From: Octopus vulgaris
Taxonomy: Eukaryota
Assembly (NCBI GenBank): GCA_951406725.2
Contig: OX597825.1
Coordinates: 31,558,001-31,622,000 of the forward strand
Direction: 5' to 3'
DNA: 64,000 nucleotides
Positions 1 through 13,934 of the stretch are shown here, in pieces. Under the pieces are notes generated by a model, which did no database searches, was not told the DNA's origin, and was given only the letters and a program-made list of their open reading frames with translations. Positions within the stretch are counted from its first letter, which is position 1. Each line of letters starts with the position of its first letter. A program made the translations under genes and the position numbers.

Positions 1-68
1 AATATATAAAATATAGAAGAAAAACTGAAATTATATATACAAAAACTCTAAAGAGCTCAAAGACCATA

Positions 69-1028
69 CAAACTCATGCATATACAAAGCCACACACAAT
101 ACACACACTGTACAAATTATATTAAATATACATTATAAATAAATATACATAAATTTCGTAAATATAAGCGGGAAAATATGATGGAGAATATACATAAATC
201 GTGGAAATATAAGTGGAAAAATTCGAAGGTCGATAAAATGATACAAAATGAAATGACAAGGCGGAGAAATTATAAATGTTGATATAACTCGACGCTATTA
301 TATCTGTAGATTAAGCGTTGAAAATGCGAAACGTAAAATAATATTTAAAAATTAGAAAGAAATTAAGAAAAAAAAATTTTATTTTATTATATTGAGAAAA
401 TAATTTTTAGAAAAAAATTTAGTCAGTCCTGTATCGGTGGAATCTTGCAGTTTTTTTTAAAAATATATTTAGATATATGTTTGCACCCACTGAATATCTC
501 TGATCTTCAGTTCAAAATTGAGTTCGGAATTTGCGCCTTTTCAGCTAAGCAAAGCAAAACCTACATTCGACTATGCGAACGAAATTTTTAAAAACGGTAT
601 ACCAGTCATATGGCATCCTTCCGCCATAGTGAGAAGAGTAAAGCTACAAATTTGGCGAGACACAATTGGGCACTGGAAATGAACAATATTTCATATATTA
701 TTAGATGGAAAATAATAATAGTCGAAGCGATGCATGAATGGATCCAGTAAATGTTGGTTTTGCTTGGCTGAAAGGGCGCCAATTCTATTCAGATCTAAAA
801 TTCCGAACTCAATTTTGAACTCAAGATCAGAGATATTCGGCGGTGTAAACATATGTCTAAATATATTCTAAAAAATTGGAAGATCTAAGTTTTTTTCTAA
901 TTTTGTATGTTCTCTATCAGATTTTCCGCTTATATTTACGCAATTTATGTATATTTATTTATAATGTATATTTAATATAATTTGTACAGTATGTGTATTG
1001 TGTGTGGCTTTGTATATGCATGAGTTTG
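69..1028. repeat. Foldback-like nested long inverted repeat
   Basis: About 69-178 is the reverse complement of about 921-1028, and about 455-560 pairs with about 757-875. Confidence 0.85.
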
Positions 1029-1240
1029 TGTGTATGTATGCAGATGCGTATCAATCTATGTGTGCATATGTGTATGTACATGCATGTAGATATATATATA
1101 TGCATATATATATACATATATATATATGCATATAGATATCTACATGCATATACATACACATATGCACACATAGATTGTATGTGTATGTATATGCATGTAG
1201 ATATCTATATGCATATATATATATATATACATATATATGC

Positions 1241-1285
<45 letters not shown>

Positions 1286-1499
1286 TATATAAGTATTATT
1301 GCAACACAATAGTATTATTTTCCAGCTAAATAAAGTACCGTAAAGGTAGGATTACAAATAGGAAATAGTGGCACAAGGCACACATGTTTGCTAGAATACT
1401 TCTAACTTTACGGTGATTTATTTAGCTGGAAAATAATACTATTATGTTGCAATAATACTTAATATATATATATATATATAGATAGATAGATAGATAGAT

Positions 1500-1620
<121 letters not shown>

Positions 1621-1622
1621 TA

Positions 1623-1832
1623 TTCTTTTTTCTTTTACTTCTTTCAGTAATTTTACTGCGGTGCACCACCTTAAAGAGCTTTCTAGTTGACGAAATCGAG
1701 GCCAGGACTTATTCATTATAAGCCTAGTACTTATTTTATCGGTTTCTTTAGCCGCACCGTTATGTTACGGGGACGTAAACACACCAACACTGCTTGTCAA
1801 GCGATAGTGGGGGGACAAACAGAGACCTAAAG

Positions 1833-1872
<40 letters not shown>

Positions 1873-2033
1873 GATGGGCTTCTTTCAGTTTCCATCTACG
1901 AAATCCACTCACAAGACTTTGGTCAGCCCGAGGTTATAGTAGAAGACATTTGCTCAAGGCGCCAAGCAGTGGGACTGAACCTGGAACCATGTAGTTGGAA
2001 AGCAAGATTCTTACCACACAGCCACGCCTGCGC
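1623..2033 (-). mobile_element. SINE family A copy
   Basis: Collinear with 58920-59342 in reverse. Confidence 0.88.
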
Positions 2034-2045
2034 TATATGTGTGGT

Positions 2046-2156
<111 letters not shown>

Positions 2157-2859
2157 TGTTTATATTTAGGTGAACTGAGAGAGACAGAAACAAGTGACTT
2201 AAGTAGGAGCCCAGTGATTTGCTAAATTTTCTCTCTCAACCCCACCAAAAAGAACCTATTTATAACAAAATGAAGTTAGTCCACCTGAGCTATGTGCTTT
2301 TGTAGTTTGAGCGTCTGTAGTGTACAGTGCTGGTGGCAATAGGATATCGTCTCAGCCGTCGGTCGTTAGCAATTTCCCTAGATTTTAAAACACTAGCGAG
2401 TAGATGTAATTATTAAGGGAAGAATTACCATAATCAATTGAAATGCTGTATTCTTTACAACAGAATAAGATAAATATACTACTTTATACAATAGTAACGC
2501 TTCCTATTCGGAATCTCCATGAAACAATTTTAGACAGTTGACGCATAATTTCTAACAATTATCACTAAATTTTGTTTTCTTTCTCTAAAAAGCAAATTTC
2601 AATCCATTTAGTTATTTTTATATATTTATTCAGTACAACAACGCCAACCTGAATTATCTAAATGCATGTCATTGATCCATTATTTGAGTTATTTCCCTTC
2701 GTCAACTCTTTTGTATGTATGCAAAATATACTGGGCAAAAATTTTCGTAACTCTTTTCTTCTCACTTGTAAAAACTTCTGGGTCCTTAATATTATGCTGA
2801 TGACACCAAATATAACCGAAGCATGTCTGTAGCTGTCACCTTATCTAATAAAGCAGATC

Positions 2860-2898
<39 letters not shown>

Positions 2899-3903
2899 GT
2901 TAGCATGAACATTCGATTTTCTGTGAAAATGGTTCTTAATTTATTGAAATTATATCGTTTTCTATTTCTTTTGCTTCTTTGAGAATTACTAACAAATACC
3001 ATTAAGTTTTCGCTTTCTTCAGCTAAGAGGAAAATTCAAGTCATTCAAAAATGTTCAGCCCACGTCCTTTTAATACCTGATTTATTTAAATTCATACCAA
3101 TGGCTATTAACTCACTTTGATGGAAAAGAACAACAACGATAAATAACAACAAACAAAATATATAATTTGTTGAGATTTCGCTTTTAGTTTCTTCTTCACA
3201 TAAAAACATACTATCAAGTTGGAAGTATCAAAACACCATTTACATATAAAAAATCAATTTTTTTTCATTCCCAATTCCGTTTCTCTTTTTTTCTTTTTTT
3301 TTTTTTTTCAACCCGGTTTTTTGTCTGGTTTAGTCTTTGATTGGGGTTTACAATAATCAAAAATCAAAAAAAACACTCACAATGAAACAAAGCCAAAACA
3401 TATTCAAATCATTTTAATCAGTTAATCCTGGAAATTTCAAACACAAATTTAGCAACATTTTTTTCTTCATTTCTTTACTTTTCCTTCTCTCGTTTTCTTG
3501 GGAGGTGGGATTCTTTTTCATTTTTTGCCTTTCTTTTGTCTTAACACTCGTAAGATTTTTATAGTCTAATACAATGTCAACGGAAGCGGTCGTGAAAAGC
3601 TGTATTGCCCACACAAGTCAGGATAAATTTAAACAAAACTAACGAATTAAAATTTATAACTTGTTAATAAATCCCAATCAAAATTATAAACGAGAATTTA
3701 TATTTTTCTTTCGTTAATTATTAACACTGTTGTGGTGAGAGTCATTGACATCCCTGGGGGATTGAAGAATGGACTAGCCGAACTCTTATAAAGAGTAGCG
3801 TATTAGTTGAGACGAGAAACGTGGTATGAGTCGTTGAGAGGACGTATTGGAGTCTCGCGAAGTATCTCGTGTGAACACCTTGATTTTTACCCCCGCTTCG
3901 TTA

Positions 3904-3979
<76 letters not shown>

Positions 3980-4274
3980 GTTTCTTTATTGGCCACACAG
4001 GGCTGCACACAGATGGGACAAGTTACAAGGTAGAGCTTTTCTTTTGGGGGATGAAGAGAACAAAAAACAAAAGAAAAAAAAAGGGGGTGGCGTAGGTTTT
4101 CGATCAAGAGGGATCGTAAAAGGGAAGAAAAGAACAAAAACAAAAAAAAAACAAAAAAAAATTGAATAAAATAAAAAGAATAAAAAGAAAAAAAAAGAAA
4201 AGGAAAAGGAACAAAAGGAAAGAGAAATGAAAAAAGAAGAAAAAAGGGGAAAAAAAAGAGGAAGAGGAAAAAAA

Positions 4275-4369
<95 letters not shown>

Positions 4370-4960
4370 TGTTTCTTTATTAGCCACATAGTGCGTAACT
4401 CAGAGGGAACAAAATACAATGTAGAGCTTTTCTTTTGAAGAAAGAAAAGGGAGAAAAGTAAAATTTCGATTAAAAGGGATCGTGAAAAAAAGCGTCGATC
4501 GAACGGGATCGTGTATCACAGAAAATATTGTAAATGTTACAAAAAAGAAAAAAAAAGATTAGGTTTATCCGTGGAGAGAAAAGCCTACGGAAAAGACCAC
4601 GGTACCTCGGGCAATAATGTCCTACAAAGATACATTACAGTAAGTGACTCTCTTTTTTTTTCCTTTATTTTCCTAGTTCATAGGATTATGCTCAAGGTGG
4701 CTCCGTCATTCACACGTGCCATCCTTGCTACATTCACCCAACTTTTATTGAAACATTTGCTAGACAAAACTTCCCTCTCTACTCTCATCTTCTTTTTCAA
4801 GTGATACTTGAAGAAATTGATGAGATGTTAACCAGAGAGGAAAGTGCTTGTCTCTAGACCTTTCAGACGCGTCCATCATACACAATCTTCCGCCATAGCC
4901 ACAAGTACGAGAAAAATGGCTCTTCCTTCCCGTATGAAGGAAGGAGGCGCGACAATATTA
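3980..4960 (-). mobile_element. L1/Tx1-like LINE 3' end with duplicated 3' UTR, each copy ending in (TATC)n
   Basis: Minus-strand FLVLVAMAEDCV.WTRLKGL...FFKYHLKKKMRVER, homologous to 10008-10199. Tail aataaagaaac occurs at both 3980 and 4370. Confidence 0.7.
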
Positions 4961-5356
4961 ATATGAATAGATAATTGAATAAGTTGGAATCAACAAGAAG
5001 GAGTACGGTTGGACACTTGTTTGCAATCACTACAATTGCCAAAGTGTCAACCTGGATTTTCAGGGGAAAAAATCAACCAGTTAATTCGCACATTACAAAT
5101 ACAATCTGTAATTGGAAGAGTAAAAAGTTCAAAATGTGAATTTGTTTTTGTTATCTACATTCCAATGATGGGGCTATGTATTTTTCTTAGATCACAACTC
5201 GTTCTTTACAGGAAGATTCCAAAAAGTTAAAAATAGAAGTGAACATACAAATACATACATACAAACACACACATGCATAAATACATACATACATACATAC
5301 ATACATACATACATACATACATACATACATACATACATACATACATGATAGCAAAA

Positions 5357-6085
5357 TGAGGACACTCACTTGCAAACTGATCACCCTCAAAAAGAAGCTA
5401 AAAGGTGTCAGTGAGAAACTCCGACATCAAAAGAAAATAACTGAGAAAAAAGCAATTAAACAAAAAATTTAACCAGAACCAGACAACAGCGTACAGAGAT
5501 ATGAGAGGAGAAGCAGTGAACATCATAGAAGCTCCTTCACAAGAAGACATAGATTCCTTCCGAAGAAAATTTTGGAGCAAAGAGACAGAGTTTAACCAAG
5601 ATGCTCTGTGGCTGGAAGAAATGCGAAGTTGTTTTCCCTACACTACACCCAAGACATACACCACCGATGGTGATACTTTTATGACTGTAATCCAAAAACT
5701 TCAGGATGGAGAAGCACCTAGAAGCGACTTGATTGTTGGATACTGTGGCAAAAAGCTAACCTTCTACCGACCATATCTTATCAACCTATACAAGCAAGCT
5801 CTCAATGGAAATAGTAGCATACCACACTGGTTAGCTCTGGCAGAGACAAAACTGATCTCAATGCAGAACCCATATGGCATAAAACTACCGGCTAGAACCT
5901 AATGTGCAAATTATATACAACATGTTTTAAACCACTTCCCCCAAGACCCTTGTGAAAGTAATAACATCATCACAGCAGAACAAACAGCTGTGAATAAGGG
6001 AGTTTGGGGATGTGCCAAGCAATTGTTAATAAACAAAACTGTTATGACAGAAGTGAGAGACCATAGAAGAATCTAGTTTCAGTGT
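5357..6085 (+). mobile_element. R4/Dong-type LINE fragment (region N-terminal to and entering RT)
   Basis: FNQNQTTAYRDMRG, EAPSQEDIDSF..KFW, GSDLIVGY-like and EQ..KGVWGCAKQLLINKTV, with frameshifts. Confidence 0.75.
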
Positions 6086-6389
6086 AGCACATTTGATTGT
6101 AAACCGGAGGAGCTGACGAGGGAAGAGGCATCTGCTGAGCTGCACCTGGCGGTGAGAGTGACCAAGACGTTTGGGATTACTCGGATGTCCCTGTGAGGAA
6201 CTCCCCGCTTTTGGGGAATTTTTATTGTTTAATTGGATCGTGAATTGCTGTTGTTATTTATTTTATACACAACATTGTTCCAAGTCCCACTTCTCCCTTG
6301 TGTTGTATTGTCCCTATTTGTTTTGTGTTCGCCCTTTGTGACCGATAAAGAAATTATTATTATTATTATTAATATTATCATATTATCAT

Positions 6390-6534
6390 AGGCGCGGAAG
6401 TGACTGTGCTTACAAACCACATGGTTCCAGGTTCAGTCCCACTGCGTAGCACCTTGGGCAAGTGTCTTCTACTATAGCCTCGGGCCAACCAAAGCCTTGT
6501 GAGTGGATTTGGTAGACGGAAACATATGTATATG

Positions 6535-6611
<77 letters not shown>

Positions 6612-6809
6612 CCCCCCCCCCAACATCGCTTGACAACCAATGCTGGTGTGTTTACGTCCCCGTAACATAGCGGTTCGGCAAAAAGAGACCGATAGAATAA
6701 GTACTAGGCATACAAAGAATAAGTCCTGGGATCGATTTGCTCGACTAAATGCGGTGTTCCAGTATGGCCGCAGTCAAATTACTGAAACAAGTAAAAGAGC
6801 AAAAGAGTA
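6390..6809 (+). mobile_element. SINE family A copy with expanded internal (TG)n
   Basis: Collinear with 58920-59342. Confidence 0.88.
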
Positions 6810-6849
6810 TTTTCCAATTGAATTGCATTTTATTTCATCTTCTGACCGG

Positions 6850-7110
6850 GTTTCAACCAAAGACATAAGGCACATGTATATTAGACGGAAGGAAACATCC
6901 TGAGAATGTGGGCGGTTGATGTAAGCTCAATTTTTGAGTTTCATAGATTATTGGTTTCCCAAGGATCTGGACAAAAGATTTTTCATTACCATTCTTGATT
7001 ATTTCCAAGGCACCTACAACAACAGGGATGGCTTTGGTTTTTAATTGCCGCGTTCTAGATATATCAATCTCAAGGTCCTTATATTTCGACAGTTTTTCAA
7101 ATTCCCTGGG
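6850..7110 (-). mobile_element. R4/Dong-type restriction-like endonuclease C-terminal fragment
   Basis: EKLSKYKDLEIDISR...IPVVVGAL. Confidence 0.75.
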
Positions 7111-7699
7111 GCCACACATGTGTTTAATATGTAAAAGTGGTCTATCCAATAACGTTACACCGTTGTATTTAGTGGTTATTTAAGCAACGTGTTCGTGGAT
7201 GATTAAAGGGCTGGATGAGTGCTGATGAAGGAGCAAACTCTCCCGAAATATGGTAAGTACGCTCATACCCATTTTTCATCTAGGAGCTCATTGTTTCTTT
7301 ACATTTGGGGTCTCGGATACGAAAGGTCATAACAAAAATCAGTGCAGGTAACAATTTCTATAGAATATCTGTAGAGATACCCTTCACCTTAACAAATGAA
7401 AAAGAAACTGGTAATTGTTACACCTTATCACCACTTTCTTCTGTATCATAGTAACGGATAAAGGAATTAAATACAAGCGACTGCATAAATGAGGACGGAG
7501 TTTCAGGAGACGGTATGTGTCTTGTGGGTAAAATGTACAACCCCGGTTATCATTATACTACTGCCAAACCCAGCATCCTAGGGCAACTGAAGGATAAGAG
7601 ATGTTACAGTTTCACTGAAAACTTGAGGAGAAGAAGTGGCAGGACAGCAGCGAAATATCTTCATGTAATACAACTCATACATTTAAATAGATAGAGTTT

Positions 7700-8720
7700 T
7701 TCTAAGGATGTGGGCAGTACTTGTCAGCACAATCTTTCGTGTTTCTCTGAGATACGGTTCATCTGGGATATTATCTAGAGGTTTTTGACGTCCCTTTCTT
7801 ATCATACCTAGGGCACCTACAATAACAGGAACAGTTCTCGCTTTAACATGCGAGAACTGTTATAAAAAAGATATATTTTTATCAGTGGGAACACTTATAT
7901 CTATTAATCTACCAGTATTTTCTTCTCCGTCTTTAATGACTATGCCTGGCCAATTACTCTGGATCGTAGTTCCAAGTAATGCCGATTTTTGCAATACACC
8001 TAGATCGTAGGGTATTTCTAAAGTTTCCAGATGTGTCTTCTGATTGGGTGGTATCGAACCCAATGCTCCGATGACAATAGGAACAACTTTTATGTTTGAC
8101 TCTCGTAGCTGCCATATCTTAGCCATCTCGAATCTCAGGTCCCCAAATTTATCAATCTTTTCTCTGCCTTTCATGATAATATGTTGAACTCCTGGCCCCG
8201 CCACTTTAATTATTAGGGACTCTTGTTTGTCCTTCCTAAAGGTTACTATATCCGGCCTTCGGTGCTCTAACACCTTGTCAGTCTGAAAGTCGGAGTCCCA
8301 GAGGAGTTTTACCTTCCCCTTTTCGTCCATTACCTTTTCCGGTGTGTGTTGGCGCTGAGCACCCGTTACCTTGTATCCATACTTCTGGCATAGTAGTCAG
8401 TGAATGTTTTGGGTTACCTTGTTGAGTCAGCGCTTGTTCTCTCTCTGCGCTGGACTTTCACAAGTACTAACAATGTGAGTCTCGCTTTCGACCCTCTTCC
8501 CACACATTCTGCAGAGTGTCGTTGCACTTGTGTGGTATATATCCCTTTTCACTGAGTTGGTATTCAATGCTTGGTCTTGGGCAGCGATGATTATACTTTC
8601 AGTATTCTTTTTACGTCACCTTTGCTGAGCCACCTCCATGATACTTCCTGGTCCTTTAAGTTGTTAGTTTCACAGTGGAACTGATCATGTAATTCCAGGC
8701 GAAGTAGAGTTTCTTCTCTA
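7700..8720 (-). mobile_element. Two abutting R4/Dong-type C-terminal fragments (zinc knuckle and RLE)
   Basis: IAAQDQALNT, CRMCG..ETHIVSTC, LLWD.DFQTDKVLEHRRPDIV, VPIVIGALG and LQKSALLGT, followed by a second IDISVPTDKN...TVPVIVGALG segment. Confidence 0.85.
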
Positions 8721-8759
8721 TTATTATTATTATCATTATTATTATTGTTATTATTATTA

Positions 8760-8831
<72 letters not shown>

Positions 8832-8869
8832 TTATTATTAATATTATTATTATTATTAATATTATTATT

Positions 8870-8945
<76 letters not shown>

Positions 8946-8960
8946 CTATCACCACTATTA

Positions 8961-9512
8961 AGTGAGAGAGCAGTGAATGCCATCAAAGTGACTCTGGGGT
9001 AAAGTATACGAAGCCCAGTATACCCATCATGACTACCCATCTAATAAGGGTACACCAGATACATGCATCACAACCATGTGTGCACGATATGGTGATCTCA
9101 TATCAAGATAAACAGTACATAACCTTGCAGGTGAGGTCCAGTTAGAATTTTTTTCAGGTCGAGTAACCCATCCCGCCCAAAAGGTTCTTGAAAAAAGGGT
9201 TGCTTCAGGGTGTTGAACGAAACACCCACGTTTCCAGAGGTGAATTATTCAAACTCCAAAGACTTCCTCTCAACATATGGCTATGATGCTCCTCCACTAC
9301 TTCTGCTCATGATCAGAGATGCACATATCGTCAGCCACTAAGGGACATGCTCGACTGGTGCAGGTTAAGCAACAGACAAGCAAATGTGTGGTATTGAGTC
9401 GAATATTTGTTGTAGCCCATCTTTTATACCAAGACAAAATATGTTCAGGATAGCATTTCCAATCAGTTACGATCAGAAGCCATGAGAGCCAGTGCCTGGT
9501 ACTGCACCAGGG
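8961..9512. mobile_element. About 550-bp fixed-ended dispersed repeat in (ATT)n, copy 1
   Basis: Same sequence and ends as 34669-35168; reverse copy at 41880-42340. Confidence 0.85.
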
Positions 9513-9534
9513 TATTTATTATTATTATTATTAT

Positions 9535-9702
9535 TCAGTAGTTTTATTTTTATAGCGTGCTTTCACTTCACTACCGAGCGCAGCTCTGTGTGCCTTGGGT
9601 ATGTGCTGTGATTTGTTGTGATGCTCTGATGGTTATTGTATGGAAAGTGTTCTGCGTAGGATGTGTGCAGTGCCTAGTAGTGCAATTTTCTGTATGTTAT
9701 AT
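9535..9702 (-). mobile_element. R4/Dong 3' end (YNIQKIALLGTAHILRRTLSIQ* plus 3' UTR) embedded in (ATT)n
   Basis: Recognisable C-terminal motif. The 3' UTR is near-identical to 28935-29035. Confidence 0.85.
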
Positions 9703-9705
9703 GTG

Positions 9706-9751
<46 letters not shown>

Positions 9752-9753
<2 letters not shown>

Positions 9754-10555
9754 ACTTTCCGCTCGGAAACTATCATGGATAATTTCCAGACGTCCTTGGT
9801 CTGGCAGTGCTACCGAGGAGCGCTACCGGTTCGAGATAAACTCTACAAGCACAGATGTGCTGTCAGACGGACTTGTCCAAGGCGCGCACGGAGTGACGAA
9901 ACCGTTCTGCACGCCCTCGTTCAGTGTCCGGGCATTGCTGACTAGTGGGGTTATGTTGAACAGCTGCTGTCACGTGTGGCCCGATCAGTCTGTCGGCCGA
10001 GTTTGTAGTGATGATCGCACCGCCGCCCTCCTTCAATCGGGTAGGCAAGGCAGTTTTCCTTTGCCTGGTGGCTGTGGCGAAAGAGGACGTTTGGCGGACA
10101 AGGCTGAAAGGCATGCGGACAGATACATTCCTCTTTGGTGGAGCTCTCACTGACTTTTTCAAGTTTCACTTGAAAAGGAAATTGAGAGTGGAGAGGTGAG
10201 TACTTTCCTCGAGTGAGCTCACTAAAAAGGGGGGGGTGAAAGCTGCGAAAATGGCAAGAGTGGATGGTACCTCTCTAAGTGTAGACCTGTGAGTGAGAGA
10301 GAAGGAATTGGAGAGGGCACTTGATCCTAGGGTTTCAGGGAATTCTCGGACAGTAGATTATCCCTAGAGGCTTCTCTGTATTAGGAAAGCCACATCCCTC
10401 TCATTTTCCCGCCATTTCTTTCTTTTTTACCTTTGTATGCTATGCATGTGTCCCTTCTTTTTCAGTGCATACCGTATATACTTACATTTTTTTCATTATT
10501 TCATTATTATACGTACGCCTCCACACTTTATGTCTGTCTCTGTCAAACTAATGAA
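9752..10555 (+). mobile_element. L1/Tx1-like LINE 3' end (zf-RVT region)
   Basis: DNFQTSLVWQCYRGALPVRDKL...TCPR...ETVLHALVQC, then WRTRLKG. Embedded in (ATT)n. Confidence 0.75.
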
Positions 10556-11306
<751 letters not shown>

Positions 11307-11619
11307 GTTTACTATTAATATTATGCTTTTTGTTGTTAATGTTCATCCATATTGCATCTATTTACAACGGCTATTTATTTGTTATCTTAAATATTATACG
11401 AGCAGCGTCTATATTTTATAAAATTTGATCTAAATCTTTGCATTTTTCCCTTCTGTATAAATGACTGTTCAAAATGAAAAAAAACATCCTACAGATAACA
11501 AATGTATATTTTATCATTATTTATAAATATATATATATTCCATGACAAAATGATTACGGTGTTGAATAACTATTGTCGTCGTCATCATCGTCATTATTAT
11601 TTTGTTGTTGTTGTTGTTC

Positions 11620-12180
11620 TTTTACTTCTCAGAACGCTCGGTTTTGTTTGTTCTGGGTAGATTCTGTGAAAGCGGATGTGAAAGCGGGCAGCATCCTACC
11701 ATCAGAGGTCTCACAGGGTCTCTTTCCGCACATTATAAGCTTTGATACTTGGTTGTTATTTATCGTAGGAGACATTTAATATCCAAGTACCAACCTCAAA
11801 ATCCTAGCTTTCCCCAGCAGAGAAGTTTTGGGATCTTGCTCTGCTTTCATGTCAATTCCTATTTCTCTGACATATCTCCCGAGCTTGGCTGTTAATGATC
11901 TGAGTTCCCCTACAATTACTGGAACAACAGACACTCTCCTCATAGTCCACATTTTTGCAATTTCATCTTTTAGTAGTCTGTACTTTTCAATCTTTTCTAT
12001 TTCTTTGTCACTTATGCATACATCTCTGGGTATTGCAATATCTATGACCTTGGTTTCCTTTTTTCCTTTATCTGCCACAATATCTGGTCTCTGAGCATCG
12101 ATTAGAGAGTCACACTGGATTGTAAAATCCCACAGAACTCCCTAATCGTGAAGCATCTATTTGTCAAATCATTCTTTTCC
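11620..12180 (-). mobile_element. R4/Dong-type RLE C-terminal fragment with 3' UTR
   Basis: LWDFTIQCD..RPDIVAD, IDIAIP.D and EKIEKY...VVPVIVG. Confidence 0.8.
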
Positions 12181-12313
12181 TGTTTAGGTGCACAAGACCA
12201 GTAATTTTTATGGGAACGGGGATTTGTCTACACCATTGACACCAGCACATGACTGGTACTTTATTTTATCACCTTCGAAAAGACGAAAGGCAAAGTTGAT
12301 TTTACACACACAG

Positions 12314-12344
<31 letters not shown>

Positions 12345-12843
12345 AACACACACACACAAACGCACGCGCACACATATGTATATTCATACATGCTTTCATG
12401 CATACAGACAGACAGGCAAGGCTTCAGTCCCTTTGCGTAGCATCTCAGGCAAGTATCATCTACTATAACCCACGGCCGACCAGTTTCGGGAGATTTAGTC
12501 CACACAAACTTATGGAAGCCCGTAGTGTGTGCATGTGTGTGTCTTTGAGTCTGGCACCGTTTGACAACCGGTGTTAGCTTACTTACGTCTCCGTAGTTTA
12601 GCATAGCTGTCCAGCAAAAGAGACCGATAAAATTAGTACCAGGCTTTAAATAATAAGTACTAGGGTCCGTCTAACCGACTAAAGCAGTACCCCAGTATGA
12701 CCACAATCCAAGGATTGAAACAAGTAAAGGATAAATGATGCTTACATATATATTCCAAAAAGGGGTAAAGACCCTCTTCGGTCATGAATAACCAAAGGAT
12801 TGCACCTAGAAAATTACCCTCCAAGTCACAAGCCCGGGCAAGT

Positions 12844-13185
12844 GAAGGCGCATGGCTCAGTGGTTACAGCGTCGGGCTCACAATCATGACGTTGTGAGTT
12901 CGATTCCCGGACTGGGCTATGTGCTGTGTTCTGGAGCAAAAAACACTTTATTTCACGTTACTCCAGTTCACCCAGCTGTACAAATGAGTTGCGACATCAC
13001 TGGTGCTAAGCTGTAACGGTCTTTTCCTTTCCTTTGGGTAACATCGGTGGCGTGGAGAGGGGGACTGCTATGCATGAGCGACTGCATGTCTTTCATAAAC
13101 AACCTTGCCCAGGCTTGTGCCTCGGAGGGGAACTGTCTAGGTGCAATCCCATGGTCATTCATGATCGAAGGTAGTCTTTACCCTT
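12844..13185 (+). mobile_element. tRNA-derived SINE family C with a conserved central domain
   Basis: A-box tggctcagtggtta and B-box gttcgattcc, then a central gagcaa..cactttatttcac..ctccagttcacccagctgt block. Further copies at 18841-19160 and 44790-45010 (partial). Confidence 0.85.
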
Positions 13186-13934
13186 TTTATATACTCCATC
13201 GACATTATAGTTTTAGATTCTTACAAGTAATTATTTAATTACATGAGGACACACTGATTAAGTTGCTCAGCCCACGAGCAGAAAGTTGTTAGTTCGATTC
13301 CTGGATCGAGAGGTACGCTGTATCCTTGAACAAGGCATATTATTTCATGTTAATCTAGTCTAATTAACTGAAGTTGTCTCCCAGCCAACAGCTTGTGAGG
13401 CCATCGCTTCCTCCTGCAGTTAAATCCCAGATATTCTTCCGCTGGATCACGTGTGAGAGGGAAGGGAGTGTACCTGCGTCTGCTCGCCACTAGATGGACA
13501 CTTAAGACTATTAGAGTAAGCGTGGTATAAACTATATGGTCGTACTCACTTGCGGTTAAGGAAATTCAGGTTAGTTGGAAAGCTGCGATGCGTGAGGCAT
13601 TGTTTGGTTGCTGACAGTTTGGCAAAGCTGACTGGACATTAGCAACGCTAATTTTTTGTTTACTTTTTGGTTCTGGAGGCAAACACACACGTGTGCGCAC
13701 AGAAATATAAAGATACAGAAAGAGAGAGAGAAAGCGAGAGGGAGAGACAGAGAGAGATTACAATAAGCAACTGGATACTAGTTACATATATATATAAAGA
13801 GAGATATGCTCAAGCAAATAAATACAGAGAGAGAGGCAGGAGAGAACGAAAGAAATATTAAAATGAGAGGAACTTTATAACGTTTGATGTCAGTTAGTCC
13901 ACCGATGCCAAATAGACAGTACCGGAACAACTGT

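Noticed and set aside
12844-12920. tRNA genes (also at about 18841 and 13245)
   Set aside because: tRNA-like heads of SINEs: they run into shared SINE bodies and lack a proper acceptor stem and terminator.
13484-13500. CTCF-like motif gccactagatggac
   Set aside because: A single imperfect match with no supporting context; expected by chance in 64 kb.
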